Origin: Myxococcales bacterium
GTDB lineage: Bacteria; Myxococcota_A; UBA796; GCA-2862545
Direction: 5' to 3'
DNA length: 64,000 bases
Assembly: GCA_019634415.1 (NCBI GenBank)
Contig: JAHQVJ010000214.1
Span: 38-64,037, forward strand
The translations under genes and the position numbers were made by a program. The notes under the pieces are model-generated. The model was not told the origin of the DNA and searched no databases. It was given only the letters and a program-made list of their open reading frames with translations. Within the stretch, counting starts at the first letter, position 1, and every line of letters begins with the position of its first letter. Positions 18,302-28,145 of the stretch are shown in pieces.

Positions 18302-18901
18302 ATGGAGGAGAAAGCACCAGGAACACCGCGTGAGCGGCTCATGCACGGTCTGGCGGAGGCCATCGAGGCGATGCCCTTCGATCAGATCACCACGGCCGAG
18401 ATCGTGCGGCGAAGTCGGACCTCGAAGCGCACGTTCTACGAGCACTTCTCCACCAAGGCCGACTGCTTCTTGGCGCTGTACGACGAGCTGTCGATCATGA
18501 TCCTCGCCGTCGTCCGCGAGGCGATCGCCCAGGCTCCGCCGGGTGCCGAGCGGATCCGGCTGGGCACGGCGGCATACCTGGCGGCGCTACAGCAGCGTCC
18601 GGGGTTGGCCCGCACGCTGCTGCTGGAGATCGTACGGCTGGGGCCCGAGGGTGAGCGCCTGCGTCGTCGGGTGCTGCAGGCCTATGCCGAGCTGCTGGCC
18701 GAGGAGTTCACCGCCTCGGGGGTGCCGCCCACCCAGGCGGCACTGCTGTCGCGCGTGTTGGTGGGGGGCATCAGCGAGCTGGTGCTGGAGGCGGCGGAGC
18801 TGCAAGGGATCGACTCGCTGCGGAGCCTCAGCGAGGGGGTGGTGGAGGTGCTGGAGGCCTTCTTGGCCGTCGGCCGCTACTCCACGCAGTCCGGGGTCTG
18901 A
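18302..18901 (+). CDS. TetR/AcrR-family transcriptional regulator
   Basis: It starts at ATG 18302 after GGGGAG. It has an N-terminal HTH (FDQITTAEIVRRSRTSKRTFYEHFSTKADCF). It is divergent from the monooxygenase. Confidence 0.85.
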   Translation: MEEKAPGTPRERLMHGLAEAIEAMPFDQITTAEIVRRSRTSKRTFYEHFSTKADCFLALYDELSIMILAVVREAIAQAPPGAERIRLGTAAYLAALQQRPGLARTLLLEIVRLGPEGERLRRRVLQAYAELLAEEFTASGVPPTQAALLSRVLVGGISELVLEAAELQGIDSLRSLSEGVVEVLEAFLAVGRYSTQSGV

Positions 18902-19953
18902 GGGTCCCGCATCACGGGCAGCCGGATGCGGGTCTCGTTGGCGAAGCCGTCGACGGAGAAGTCGAGCTGCCAGTCGTGCAGCTCCCCTGGGTTGAGCGGA
19001 AGGCGCCAGCCCACGGTCTTCAGCGTCTCGAAGGAGCGCTCGGCCTCGGTGAACAGACGCTCCAGATCGTCGCCGGCGAACACCTGGCCGCGGCCCGCAT
19101 CGGCGAAGCGGTCGAGCACGTCGTCGTCGATGTCGTCACCTAGGGCGAGCAGGGAGACCTGCACGAAGTCCAGCGCCTCGAGGCGCGCGATGACGTCGTC
19201 CTCGGTGACCACGGGGGTGCGGTGCACGGCGAACTCGGCGTCCGTCTCCGTGGTCCCCTCGGCGAAGGGCACCTCGGGGCTGACCCGTCCGCTGGAGTTG
19301 TCGCGTCCGTCGGTGAAGACCACGAGCAGGTGGTTGTCGCGATCGCCAGCGGCCACCCCGGCCTCGCGCAGGTCCCGGATCTGCTGTGTGGAGAAGTCGA
19401 TGGCGGCGTACATGCGGGTGAAGCCGTCGTCGTCCATCTGTGGGGCGGGGATCGACGGGATGTCGTCGAAGGTCCAGCTGCTGTCGGCCTCCCAGACCCA
19501 CTGGTTGAACCAGAGCACCCGCCACGTGAAGGTGCCGGGGCGCTCGGCCCAGCGGGCGTCTCCTTGCTCGAGCAGTCGCTGGGCGGCGGCCCGCATGTCG
19601 TCGAACAGACCGTCATCGACGATGGAGCGACTGGCGTCGAGCACCAAGGTGACGTGCAGGTTGCTGTCGAGATCGGTCTGATCGAGGGACTGGCCGCCCT
19701 CCCAGCGACCGCTCCCGGGCCGATCTCCGTCGATGGTCTGCGCCACCGACGAGACCTCGCCAGTGACGGGAACGCCGTCGACATCGGAGAGCACGAAGGA
19801 GGCGAAGCCCTGGGTGGCGTCTCCGTCCACGCACAGGGCCAGCGAGCGCGTGGAGACGCCGGGCCTCCGCTCGGTGGCGGAGCGCTGGGGAAGCTCTTGC
19901 ACGGCGCAGCCCGACAGGAGCGACAGGCCGATGGCAGCGGTGAATGGACGCAC
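18877..19953 (-). CDS. von Willebrand factor A domain lipoprotein
   Basis: It starts at GTG 19953 after GGAGGG. It has a lipobox (LLSGC) and a MIDAS DxSxS motif (LDASRS) with a downstream TDGRDN. Confidence 0.7.
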   Translation of the reverse strand: MRPFTAAIGLSLLSGCAVQELPQRSATERRPGVSTRSLALCVDGDATQGFASFVLSDVDGVPVTGEVSSVAQTIDGDRPGSGRWEGGQSLDQTDLDSNLHVTLVLDASRSIVDDGLFDDMRAAAQRLLEQGDARWAERPGTFTWRVLWFNQWVWEADSSWTFDDIPSIPAPQMDDDGFTRMYAAIDFSTQQIRDLREAGVAAGDRDNHLLVVFTDGRDNSSGRVSPEVPFAEGTTETDAEFAVHRTPVVTEDDVIARLEALDFVQVSLLALGDDIDDDVLDRFADAGRGQVFAGDDLERLFTEAERSFETLKTVGWRLPLNPGELHDWQLDFSVDGFANETRIRLPVMRDPQTPDCVE

Positions 19954-20133
19954 GTGTACCCTCCGACTCGCAGGTGCGAGAAGACATCGACGTCACCGCC
20001 GCGTTGTGTGGGTCGCGCGCGGATGACGCCGTCTGCTATGGCGTACGAGGAGCGGTCCGAACCGTTACGTCGGCAGCGACTGCAGGTTCGCCGGATCCGC
20101 GGGAATGGAGGGTCCAGCGGCGCGGAGGCTCGA

Positions 20134-21690
20134 ATGTGTTGGTTGTTGGTGTGGGCGATCGCCCCTTCGTTCGCGCAAGGCCTCGAGCGGTGGTTTCCGG
20201 AGCGACCGCTGACCACGGCGGATGCCCGAGAGCTGCTCACACGCGACCTGCTGGGGGCGCCAGCCGCCCGCTACGACACGGCGACTGCGGCCGACGGTGA
20301 GGATCGTGACCGCCGGATCCTGGCCCGGGCTCGCTCGGTGGAGGAGGCTGCGCTTCGGGTGCCGGATGGCGCGCAGCGGTACGCGAGTGCGGTGCTCGCG
20401 CTGCTGCGCCGCGGCAAGCCGCAGGATGCCCATCGCTGGTTCGTGGCGGAGCACGTTGGCCTGGCGCTGGCGCCACGCGCCGTGAGCACCTTCGTGGTGG
20501 CGAGCGAGGACGACGCGGTGGAGGTGGTATCGAAGGCGGTGGCGCACCACGTCGACGTGGCCGTGGCGGTGGCGACCACCGAGGTGGACGTGGGCCTGGG
20601 CGGCATCGTGGTGGTGCTGGACGACTCCGTGCGGCTCGATCCGCTCCCCCGGAGGGTGGAGCCCGGCGCCACGCTCACGCTGACGGGCACCCGCTCGACG
20701 CGCACGCCCACCTCGCTGTGGGTGGCGGGAGCCCACGGATCGGAGGCGCTGCCGCTTCAGGGTGACACCTTCGAGGTGACGTGGACGGCACCCGAGGCGT
20801 CCGGCCCGGTGCGCATGGCGCTTGCCCCCACGGACGCGAGGCGGCTGCCTGCGAGCAGCTTCTTCTTCACGGTCTACGTGGGGCAGTCGCCCCCCGAGGG
20901 GCTGCCCGCTGCCTCGGAGCGACCGAAGGCGGGGCTGCCAGTGGACAAGTTCGAGCGCAAGCTGCTCGACGCCATCGACGCGGCCCGTAAGGAGCGTTCT
21001 CGTCCGCCGCTGACCCGCGGGGAGCTCCCCGACGCGGTGGTGAAGGCGGTGCAGGAGGTACAGCCCGGCGATCGCACGCTCGCGCCGCGCCTGAAGCGGC
21101 CCCTGCACGCAGATCCGGTGCCGCGCACGTCCCATGGCTCCTGGGGGGCGGTGCTGCTGCGGGATGGCCTGGACGGGGCCTCGGCCGCGCGCTTCCTGGT
21201 GGCGCATCCGGTGTGGGGGCCGCGGCTGCTGGCCGCCGAGACCACCCAGGTGCTGCTGCACACCCGGGTGGATTCGCTGGGTCGCTTCGAGTCGGTGGCG
21301 GTCACGGTGGAGGGCGCTCCGACGGTGCCGCTGCGGGAACGCGCCCTCGCGCAGGTGACCAGCCGCTGGCCCGGGGAGGCGGCGCCTCTGCCGGCTCCCA
21401 AGCTGGAGGCGGCGCTGACGGAGCTGGCGCAGCTGCGTGCTGCGGGTCAGCTCTCGGAGTCGGAGTTCCACAACCGCCTGGGGATCGTGCTGCTGAACAC
21501 GAAGATCGCCCCGGGACGGGCCTCGGCGTACTCGCGCCTGATCCGACCGGGAGAGTCGCTGGACCTAAGCGAGCTGAAGCTCGACGACGAGCTGGTCCAC
21601 TTGGCCGTGGGGGCCGCCCGCGGCAAGGAAGGCACCACTCGCGCCAGCTACGAGTTCGTCGTGGTCGTGGCCTCGGATCGCGCGTACTGA
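20134..21690 (+). CDS. hypothetical secreted protein (possible CAP/SCP-like region and SHOCT-like motif)
   Basis: I trimmed the 822-aa ORF to ATG 20134 (MCWLLVWAIAPSFAQG signal) after GGAGG. Its upstream part is antisense to the VWA gene. The LTELAQLRAAGQLSESEFHNRL segment resembles a SHOCT motif. Confidence 0.5.
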   Translation: MCWLLVWAIAPSFAQGLERWFPERPLTTADARELLTRDLLGAPAARYDTATAADGEDRDRRILARARSVEEAALRVPDGAQRYASAVLALLRRGKPQDAHRWFVAEHVGLALAPRAVSTFVVASEDDAVEVVSKAVAHHVDVAVAVATTEVDVGLGGIVVVLDDSVRLDPLPRRVEPGATLTLTGTRSTRTPTSLWVAGAHGSEALPLQGDTFEVTWTAPEASGPVRMALAPTDARRLPASSFFFTVYVGQSPPEGLPAASERPKAGLPVDKFERKLLDAIDAARKERSRPPLTRGELPDAVVKAVQEVQPGDRTLAPRLKRPLHADPVPRTSHGSWGAVLLRDGLDGASAARFLVAHPVWGPRLLAAETTQVLLHTRVDSLGRFESVAVTVEGAPTVPLRERALAQVTSRWPGEAAPLPAPKLEAALTELAQLRAAGQLSESEFHNRLGIVLLNTKIAPGRASAYSRLIRPGESLDLSELKLDDELVHLAVGAARGKEGTTRASYEFVVVVASDRAY

Positions 21691-24600
21691 AACGACGGGA
21701 TCAGGCTGCGCTCACCGGTGTACTCGCCGCGCGACAGCCGAGCGACGACCGAGCCCTCGTCGTCCACCAGCGTGATCGTGAAGCGGCCGCGTCGCTCGGA
21801 GGTGTCGGGCTCCATCTCGAGGTGGCAGCACACGCGCTTCGCGGGCAGCGGGCCGAACTGGCGGTACTCGCCCATGGCGCACGGGAGCGCCGCCGAGCCG
21901 TGCTTCTCGCGCACCCACAGCACCATCAGCTGCAGCGCGGAGTCCAGCGTCACGGGATCGGTGGCCCAGTGGTCGCCCGACACCCCCAGGCGGACGGGCC
22001 GCGAGGTGTGCAGCCAGGCCATGGCGCCGTGGTCGCTGATCCCCATCACCTCGTCGATGCCGCGTAGCGCAGGTCCGTGGAACAGGAAGCGCTGGTACGC
22101 CTCGTCCACGGCGTAGGGGTAGGGGTCGGCGGCGAGGCCGTTGGCCTCGTGATCCGGCGGATCGAGCGTTCCTGGCTCCTCGAGCTCCACCACCGCGCGG
22201 TAGTGCAGCCGATCCGATGCGTCGCCGGGAATGCGCAGCTCGAAGCACAGGGCGTGCCTGCCTTCCCGAGGTACCACGGGCTCCCACGACAGCGCCACCT
22301 GCGTGACCCCGGGCTCCAGCACCACGCCCTTGAGCACCTGCAGATCGCGCACGCTGCCCACGCGCAGCGACGGCGCCACGTCGCGGGCCACGCTGGTCAT
22401 CCACTCGAGCACCATCACCGCGGGCACGACGCAGCGCTCGCCGATGCGGTGATCCGCAAGCCACGGAGCCTCGGGGGTCAGCGGCCGAACCTGTCGCCCG
22501 GTGGCCGGGCGAGCACCGTCCACCACGACCTCCACCGCACCGGACCTACCCAGCTCGTCCACGCAGGCTTCGGCGCCAGCACTCAGGTCGATGACCGTGC
22601 GGCCCTGTGCGGCGAAGTGGGCCTTGAGCCCCTCGGTGACCATGCCTCCGTCCCAGGGGCCCCAGTCCAGCGCCCGCACGAGGGCGTCCTTGGCCTGCCG
22701 CTGCAGGTCCAGCGCGCGCTGCACGATGGCCTCGTTGGCCATGGCGTAGTCCACCTGACCTGCGTTGCCCTCCCGCCCGGCGATGGACGAGAAGAGCCCC
22801 ACCACGCGCAGCTCGTCGGGATTGCAGGCGTCCAGTACCGCGGACAGGCCGTCCACCTTGGTGGACCAGACGCGATCGAACTGCTCTGTGGATTTCTTGG
22901 CGATCTCCTTGTCGGCGAGCACGCCGGCTCCGTGGATCACGCCGCGCACGGGTCCGTGCTCGGCCACGGCGGCATCGACGGCAGCGGCCACCGAGGAGGC
23001 ATCGCGCACGTCCACCGAGGCGTAGTGAGCGGCCACGCCGGTGGTGCCCAGCGCCTCGAGGGTGGACCGGATCTCGCGATCCGCGAGCACCCGGGAGGCC
23101 TCGGTGGTCGCGCGCTTGGGAGAGGCGTCGTCCTCGTGCTTCAGGTAGGCGGCGATGAGCTCGCCGTCGTCTACGCCCTCGGCCCACTCGGGCTCGGCCT
23201 CGGACAGCGGGGTGCGGCCGAGCAGCAGCAGCGCCACTGGCACGCGACGAGCCAGGGCTCGAACGCAGGCTGCCGTGACGCCGCGTGCGCCACCCGTGGC
23301 CACCACGAGGTCCCCGACGGCCAGCGGAGGCACGTCGGGTGCGGCGGGCGGCGCGGCCTGCAGCGGGGAGGTGACCAGGGTGTGCACACCCTCGGTGGTG
23401 AGGCCCACCTCCGCCGTGCGCCGATCCGTGAGCACCTCGTCGACGACGGTGCTGGCGTCGACCCCGTCGCCCAGATCGAGGGCCAGCGGCTGGGTGTCGG
23501 GCCACTCGGCGAGCAGCGTCTTGGCGAGCCCGCTCAGAGCGCCCGCTTCGGCGGGTGCCGTGCTGGAGGTGCGGCCGAACTGGCCACCACGGGCGCTCGC
23601 CACGACGAACCGCGGCACCGGACCGGTCGCGCGCGCCACCCAGAAGGCCCCGCGCACGCGTCGCGCGGCGCCCTCGGCGTCGGTGGTCCCCACGGCGGCG
23701 AGATGCACCACGCCGGACAGACCCTCGGGCACGGCCTTGGCCACGGCGCGCTCCGACGACCAGTCGGGGTCGACCATCGTCACCTCGCACCCTCGCTCCG
23801 ACAGGATGCGCACCACCTCGCGGGCGAGCGTGCCCTCCACGTCGCGGGTGACGAGCCAGGGGCCACGAGCGGGCAGCGGGGCTCCCTGCGGAGCGTCCAC
23901 CACCACCACCTCGGCCCGACGCAGATCGGCCGGAGGTGGGCTGGCCAGCTCGGACACGCTGCGCACGGGCGGCAGCGAGGCTTCGGTGGCGGGGGGCGGG
24001 CTGGGGGCCTCGGGGGGCACGAGCAGGGCCGGCTGGCCCCCCTCGGCGCCCGAGCCGATCAGGGCGAAGCCGAGCCCCGCGGCCTGGGAGGCCAGGTGGT
24101 CCACCACGTCTGCCAGCGTGCGCAGCGTGGCCATGGCCTCGTTGTCGAGCTCCGGCAGATCAGGCATCTCGTCGCGCACGGCGGAGAGGATCTCGACGCG
24201 CTTGATGCTGTCGACGCCGAGGTCGGACTCGAGGTCCATGGACAGCTCGAGCGCTGCGAGGGGGTAGCCGGTCTTGGCCGCCACGGCGCCGAGCACGGCT
24301 TGCTCCATGCGCTCGCGGGAGGGTTGCTCCGGCACCTGGAGCACGGCGGGCACCACGGCCGCAGCGGCCGCGCCGCCCGTGGCCTTCGCCAGCTCCTCCA
24401 CCACGTCGGCGAGGGTGCGCAGCCCCGAGAGGCGCTCGCTGTCCAGCTCGGGCAGATCCGGACGCTCGTCGCGCACGGCGGAGAGGATCTCGACGCGCTT
24501 GATGCTGTCGATGCCCAGATCGGACTCCAGGTCCATGGACAGCTCGAGGGCCTCGCGCGGGTAGCCGGTCTTGGTGGCGACGGCGGTGAGCACTGCGTCG

Positions 24601-27600
24601 GAGAGGGGAGGGCCGGTGGGCGTGGGCGCCACTGCGGTGGCCGCTGGCGCGGTAGAGCGGGAGGCCTGTACCGCTGCGGCGGCGTCCAGTAGCGGTGGCA
24701 GATCGGAGGCCACCTGGGTGGTGGCGGACGACGTCACCACCCGGCCGAGATCGAGCAGCTCGGGCGTGGGCGCCTCGGGCGCGGCGGCGACCGGCTGAGG
24801 GGCCACGGGCAGCTCCAGCGGCGTGGGCACGCTCGGCGCCTCGGGCAGCGACGGGGTGGTCAGGCTCGGCGTGGGCACCGTGCCCCCGGAAGCCACGTGT
24901 TGCACGAGCTGGGTCTGGGCCTCGAACAGACGGGCGAAGTTGTCGTTGGCGCGGGCAAAGGCGTCGAGGAACTGGCTGTGGACCTCGGCGGTCTTCTCTT
25001 GGGTGCGCTGGAACGCCTGCAGCGTCTGGCGGGTGCTCTCCAGCAGCTGGGCGAGCTGCCCGCCATCCATTGCAGCGCTCGTGGGCGAAGCCTGCAGAGA
25101 GGCCTCGGGCAGCACCGCGGGGGGCTCGGGCTCGGCGTGCTCGAGGTGAACCGGCTTGTCCATGGGGGCGCCCGTAGAGGGCACGGCACCCCATCCGTCG
25201 GAGGGAAGCTTGGGCATGGGCGGCTCCAAGGTGGTGGGCTCGCGATGGTTGGCACCCGCCAGCCACACGGTGGCGGGGCCGCCTGCGGTGGGTGGGTCGA
25301 CGGGAGCGCGCTCCGCCAGCAGCGGGGCGGGATCGATGGGCACGCCCGCAGCAGCGAGCTGGGCCAGCACGCGCTTGAGCTGCGTGTCGCCGTGTTCCTT
25401 GTGGCCGCGGCGGTCGAGACCCACGACGGTGGCGAGGCGACCGTCCAGGCAGGCCTCCGTCAGGCCGCACAGCACGCCGCGCGGGCCACACTCGACGAAG
25501 ACGGTGACGTCGCGGGCCACCAGGGCCTCCACCACCCCCACCCAGTCCACGGGCTGCACGATCTGCGACGCCAGCTGGTCGCGGACGGCCTCGGCGCCGT
25601 CGGGGTAGGGCTGCGCGGTGGTGCAGCTCAAGACCTCGAGCTGCGGGGCGCGGAGGGTCAGCTCGTCGAGTGCCTCGCGAAACGGCTGCTCGGCCTCGGC
25701 CACCAGCGGGCTGTGGAAGGCGGCCGACACCGTGAGCGGCTTGCTGCGCAGCCCCTCGCGGTCGAGCTGTGAACAGGCCGCCTGCACCGCCTCGGTGGGG
25801 CCGCTGATCACGCCTTGCTGGGGATGGTTGCGGTTGGCGAGCACCACGTCGGGGTGGTCCGCGAGCACCGCGCGGATGCCCTCGAGCGGGCCGTCGATGG
25901 CGGCCATGGTGCCGCGGTCGCCGCCGTCGCCCGCCATGAGCTGGCCGCGGATGCGGCTGGCGGCCATCAGGCCATCGGCGTCCAGCGCGCCTGCCGCGCA
26001 CAGGGCAGCGAGCTCGCCGTAGCTGTGGCCCGCCACCACGTCGGGGGTGACGCCGAAGGCGTCGAGGAGGCTTGCCAGCCCGGTGGACAGGGCGCCGATG
26101 GCGGGCTGTGCCCACTCGGTGGCGCGGAGGTCCCGCTGCTGGGCCTCGGTGTGCTCGGGCGTCCATGCGGGAGGGGGAAAGACCGTCTGCGCCAGGCTCG
26201 GCCACCCCCGGCTGCGGAAGGCTTCCTCGGCCTGGTCGAAGGCGGCGCGCACCGCGGGGTGGCGCACGGCCACCGTGCGGCCCATCTCCACGTACTGGGA
26301 GCCCTGGCCGGGGAACAGCCACGCCACCTTGGGGGCAGCGTCGCCGCGGCCGATCCACACCTCGTCACGGGGGCTTGGGCTGGCGCCACCCAGGCGCTCC
26401 TTGCAGGTGTCCACGCGCTGGCCAAGCTCGTCCAGCGAGCGCGCCAGGAAGGCTGCCACGTGCGCTTCGCCCGGCGTCCACGCGGCCAGGGCCGCCCGCG
26501 CCGCATGGGTCACGGTGGCACCCCCGAGGGCGTCGAGGGCTTGGGCCAGCGCATCGGGGCTGTCTGCACCCACCAGGAACAGCTCCGTCGGCGCTGCAGA
26601 CAGTGCGGCGACCTCGGTGGCTCCGTGCTCCTCGAGCAGGGCGTGGTAGTTGGAGCCGCCGAAGCCGAAGGCGCTCACCGCCGCGCGGCGCGGATGGTCC
26701 GCCGCTCGGATCCAGGGTCTGGATCGGTCCGACAGGTACAGCGCGCTGTCTTCGAAGCCCATCTTCGGGTTGGGGCGGTCGATCTTGGCCGTGGGGGGCA
26801 GCACGCGCTGGTGCAGGGCCAGGGCGATCTTGACGAGGCCCGCGGCACCGGCCGTGGACTTGGTGTGCCCGATCTGGGACTTCACCGTGCCCAGCGCACA
26901 CCACTGGCCATCCCGCTCGGCGTCGGAGAACACCTCCGACAGTGCGGTGACCTCCGCCACGTCGCCTGCCTTGGTGCCGGTGCCGTGGGCCTCCACCAGC
27001 TCGATGGTGCCGGGGCTGACGCCGGCCTGGGCGTAGGCGCGTCGCAGGGCCTTCGCCTGGCCCACGGGGTTGGGTGCGTAGATGCTGCGGTGTCGCCCGT
27101 CGCTCGAGGCCGACAGGCCGCGGATCACGGCATAGATCCGGTCTCCGTCTCGCTCGGCATCCGCCAGGCGCTTGAAGGCGCAGATGGCCAGGCCCTCGCC
27201 GATGAGGATGCCGTCGGCCGAGGCATCGAAGGGGCGGGCATCACCGGTGGCGGAGAAGGCGGGGGTGCGGGTGAAGCACTCGAACATGAAGATGTCGTTG
27301 AGGGTGTCGACGCCGCCGGTGAGCGCGACGTCGCAGGCGCCCGACACCAGCTGCGACACGGCGTACTGCATGGCCGCCAGGGAAGAGGCGCAGGCAGCGT
27401 CCACCACGGCGTTCGCGCCACCCAGATCCAAGCGGTTGGCGATGCGACCCGACACCACGTTGCCCAGCAGGCCCGGGAAGGTCTGCTCCGTCCAGGTGGG
27501 GAAGTGGTTCGCGATGTCCTTCACGACGACGTCGGCCAGGGCCGGATCCACGCCGCACCGCAGCATCGACTTGCGCCAGATCGGGCCCTGCAGCCTCGCC

Positions 27601-28019
27601 CCTGCCGTGATGGCCATCTCCTGGGTGCCGGTGATGCCCAGGATGCAGCTCACCCGGTCGCGGTCCCAGTCGTCGGCGTCCGGGTCGAGGCCAGCGTCGC
27701 GCAGGGCCTCGCGCGCGACCACCAGGCCGAGGAGCTGGCTGGTGTCGATGGACTCCAGCATCAGCGGCGGGATCCCGTACGCCATGGGATCGAAGGGCAC
27801 CTTGTCGAGGAAGCCGCCTCGCGTCACCCAGGTCTTGTCGGGAGCGGTGTGGTCGGGATCGTAGTAGTCGCTGACCGACCAGGAGTGGTCGTCGGGCACG
27901 TCCGAGATGCAGTCCCGCCTGGCCAGGATGTTGCGCCAGTAGGACTGCAGATCGGCGGACTGTGGAAACAGGCAGCCGATCCCGACGATGGCGATGGACA
28001 GCGGATCGGGCTGACGCAT
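21648..28019 (-). CDS. PfaA-like type I polyketide/PUFA-type synthase (KS-AT-ACP-ACP-KR-DH)
   Basis: It is 2123 aa with these domains:
- KS: VVDAACASS, Cys codon at 27390-27392
- AT: GHSYGE, about 26015-26032
- two tandem ACPs: LG(I/V)DSIKRVEILSAVRDE
- KR: VATGGARGVTAA
- PKS-type DH: HRIGERCVVP ... DSALQ. Confidence 0.9.
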   Translation of the reverse strand: MRQPDPLSIAIVGIGCLFPQSADLQSYWRNILARRDCISDVPDDHSWSVSDYYDPDHTAPDKTWVTRGGFLDKVPFDPMAYGIPPLMLESIDTSQLLGLVVAREALRDAGLDPDADDWDRDRVSCILGITGTQEMAITAGARLQGPIWRKSMLRCGVDPALADVVVKDIANHFPTWTEQTFPGLLGNVVSGRIANRLDLGGANAVVDAACASSLAAMQYAVSQLVSGACDVALTGGVDTLNDIFMFECFTRTPAFSATGDARPFDASADGILIGEGLAICAFKRLADAERDGDRIYAVIRGLSASSDGRHRSIYAPNPVGQAKALRRAYAQAGVSPGTIELVEAHGTGTKAGDVAEVTALSEVFSDAERDGQWCALGTVKSQIGHTKSTAGAAGLVKIALALHQRVLPPTAKIDRPNPKMGFEDSALYLSDRSRPWIRAADHPRRAAVSAFGFGGSNYHALLEEHGATEVAALSAAPTELFLVGADSPDALAQALDALGGATVTHAARAALAAWTPGEAHVAAFLARSLDELGQRVDTCKERLGGASPSPRDEVWIGRGDAAPKVAWLFPGQGSQYVEMGRTVAVRHPAVRAAFDQAEEAFRSRGWPSLAQTVFPPPAWTPEHTEAQQRDLRATEWAQPAIGALSTGLASLLDAFGVTPDVVAGHSYGELAALCAAGALDADGLMAASRIRGQLMAGDGGDRGTMAAIDGPLEGIRAVLADHPDVVLANRNHPQQGVISGPTEAVQAACSQLDREGLRSKPLTVSAAFHSPLVAEAEQPFREALDELTLRAPQLEVLSCTTAQPYPDGAEAVRDQLASQIVQPVDWVGVVEALVARDVTVFVECGPRGVLCGLTEACLDGRLATVVGLDRRGHKEHGDTQLKRVLAQLAAAGVPIDPAPLLAERAPVDPPTAGGPATVWLAGANHREPTTLEPPMPKLPSDGWGAVPSTGAPMDKPVHLEHAEPEPPAVLPEASLQASPTSAAMDGGQLAQLLESTRQTLQAFQRTQEKTAEVHSQFLDAFARANDNFARLFEAQTQLVQHVASGGTVPTPSLTTPSLPEAPSVPTPLELPVAPQPVAAAPEAPTPELLDLGRVVTSSATTQVASDLPPLLDAAAAVQASRSTAPAATAVAPTPTGPPLSDAVLTAVATKTGYPREALELSMDLESDLGIDSIKRVEILSAVRDERPDLPELDSERLSGLRTLADVVEELAKATGGAAAAAVVPAVLQVPEQPSRERMEQAVLGAVAAKTGYPLAALELSMDLESDLGVDSIKRVEILSAVRDEMPDLPELDNEAMATLRTLADVVDHLASQAAGLGFALIGSGAEGGQPALLVPPEAPSPPPATEASLPPVRSVSELASPPPADLRRAEVVVVDAPQGAPLPARGPWLVTRDVEGTLAREVVRILSERGCEVTMVDPDWSSERAVAKAVPEGLSGVVHLAAVGTTDAEGAARRVRGAFWVARATGPVPRFVVASARGGQFGRTSSTAPAEAGALSGLAKTLLAEWPDTQPLALDLGDGVDASTVVDEVLTDRRTAEVGLTTEGVHTLVTSPLQAAPPAAPDVPPLAVGDLVVATGGARGVTAACVRALARRVPVALLLLGRTPLSEAEPEWAEGVDDGELIAAYLKHEDDASPKRATTEASRVLADREIRSTLEALGTTGVAAHYASVDVRDASSVAAAVDAAVAEHGPVRGVIHGAGVLADKEIAKKSTEQFDRVWSTKVDGLSAVLDACNPDELRVVGLFSSIAGREGNAGQVDYAMANEAIVQRALDLQRQAKDALVRALDWGPWDGGMVTEGLKAHFAAQGRTVIDLSAGAEACVDELGRSGAVEVVVDGARPATGRQVRPLTPEAPWLADHRIGERCVVPAVMVLEWMTSVARDVAPSLRVGSVRDLQVLKGVVLEPGVTQVALSWEPVVPREGRHALCFELRIPGDASDRLHYRAVVELEEPGTLDPPDHEANGLAADPYPYAVDEAYQRFLFHGPALRGIDEVMGISDHGAMAWLHTSRPVRLGVSGDHWATDPVTLDSALQLMVLWVREKHGSAALPCAMGEYRQFGPLPAKRVCCHLEMEPDTSERRGRFTITLVDDEGSVVARLSRGEYTGERSLIPSFQYARSEATTTTNS
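24130..24593 (-). repeat. tandem in-frame duplication encoding the two ACP domains (297-nt period)
   Basis: Segment 24130..24296 and segment 24427..24593 are near-identical. For example, ctcgtcgcgcacggcggagaggatctcgacgcgcttgatgctgtcga occurs at 24168 and at 24465, an offset of 297 nt (99 codons). Confidence 0.85.
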
Positions 28020-28145
28020 GGGGACCCCGGTTCTCCGAAGGCGGCCCTGTAACCCTTACGGCCTGTCGCATCCGCGGTCCGTTAGACGTTGGTGGCATCC
28101 AGGACCCCTTCAGTCCGACGGTGCCCGTTCGGGCCGTGTGAGGTG

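Noticed and set aside
16693-18333. 546-aa plus-strand ORF
   Set aside because: It is antisense to the flavin monooxygenase, which has GxGxxG and BVMO fingerprints.
22077-28052. Long plus-strand ORFs (22077..24692, 25815..28052) and off-frame minus ORFs (22546..23790, 24160..26358) inside the synthase gene
   Set aside because: Only the 21648..28019 frame gives contiguous KS, AT, ACP, KR and DH motifs. The others are Arg/Gly/Pro-rich shadows.
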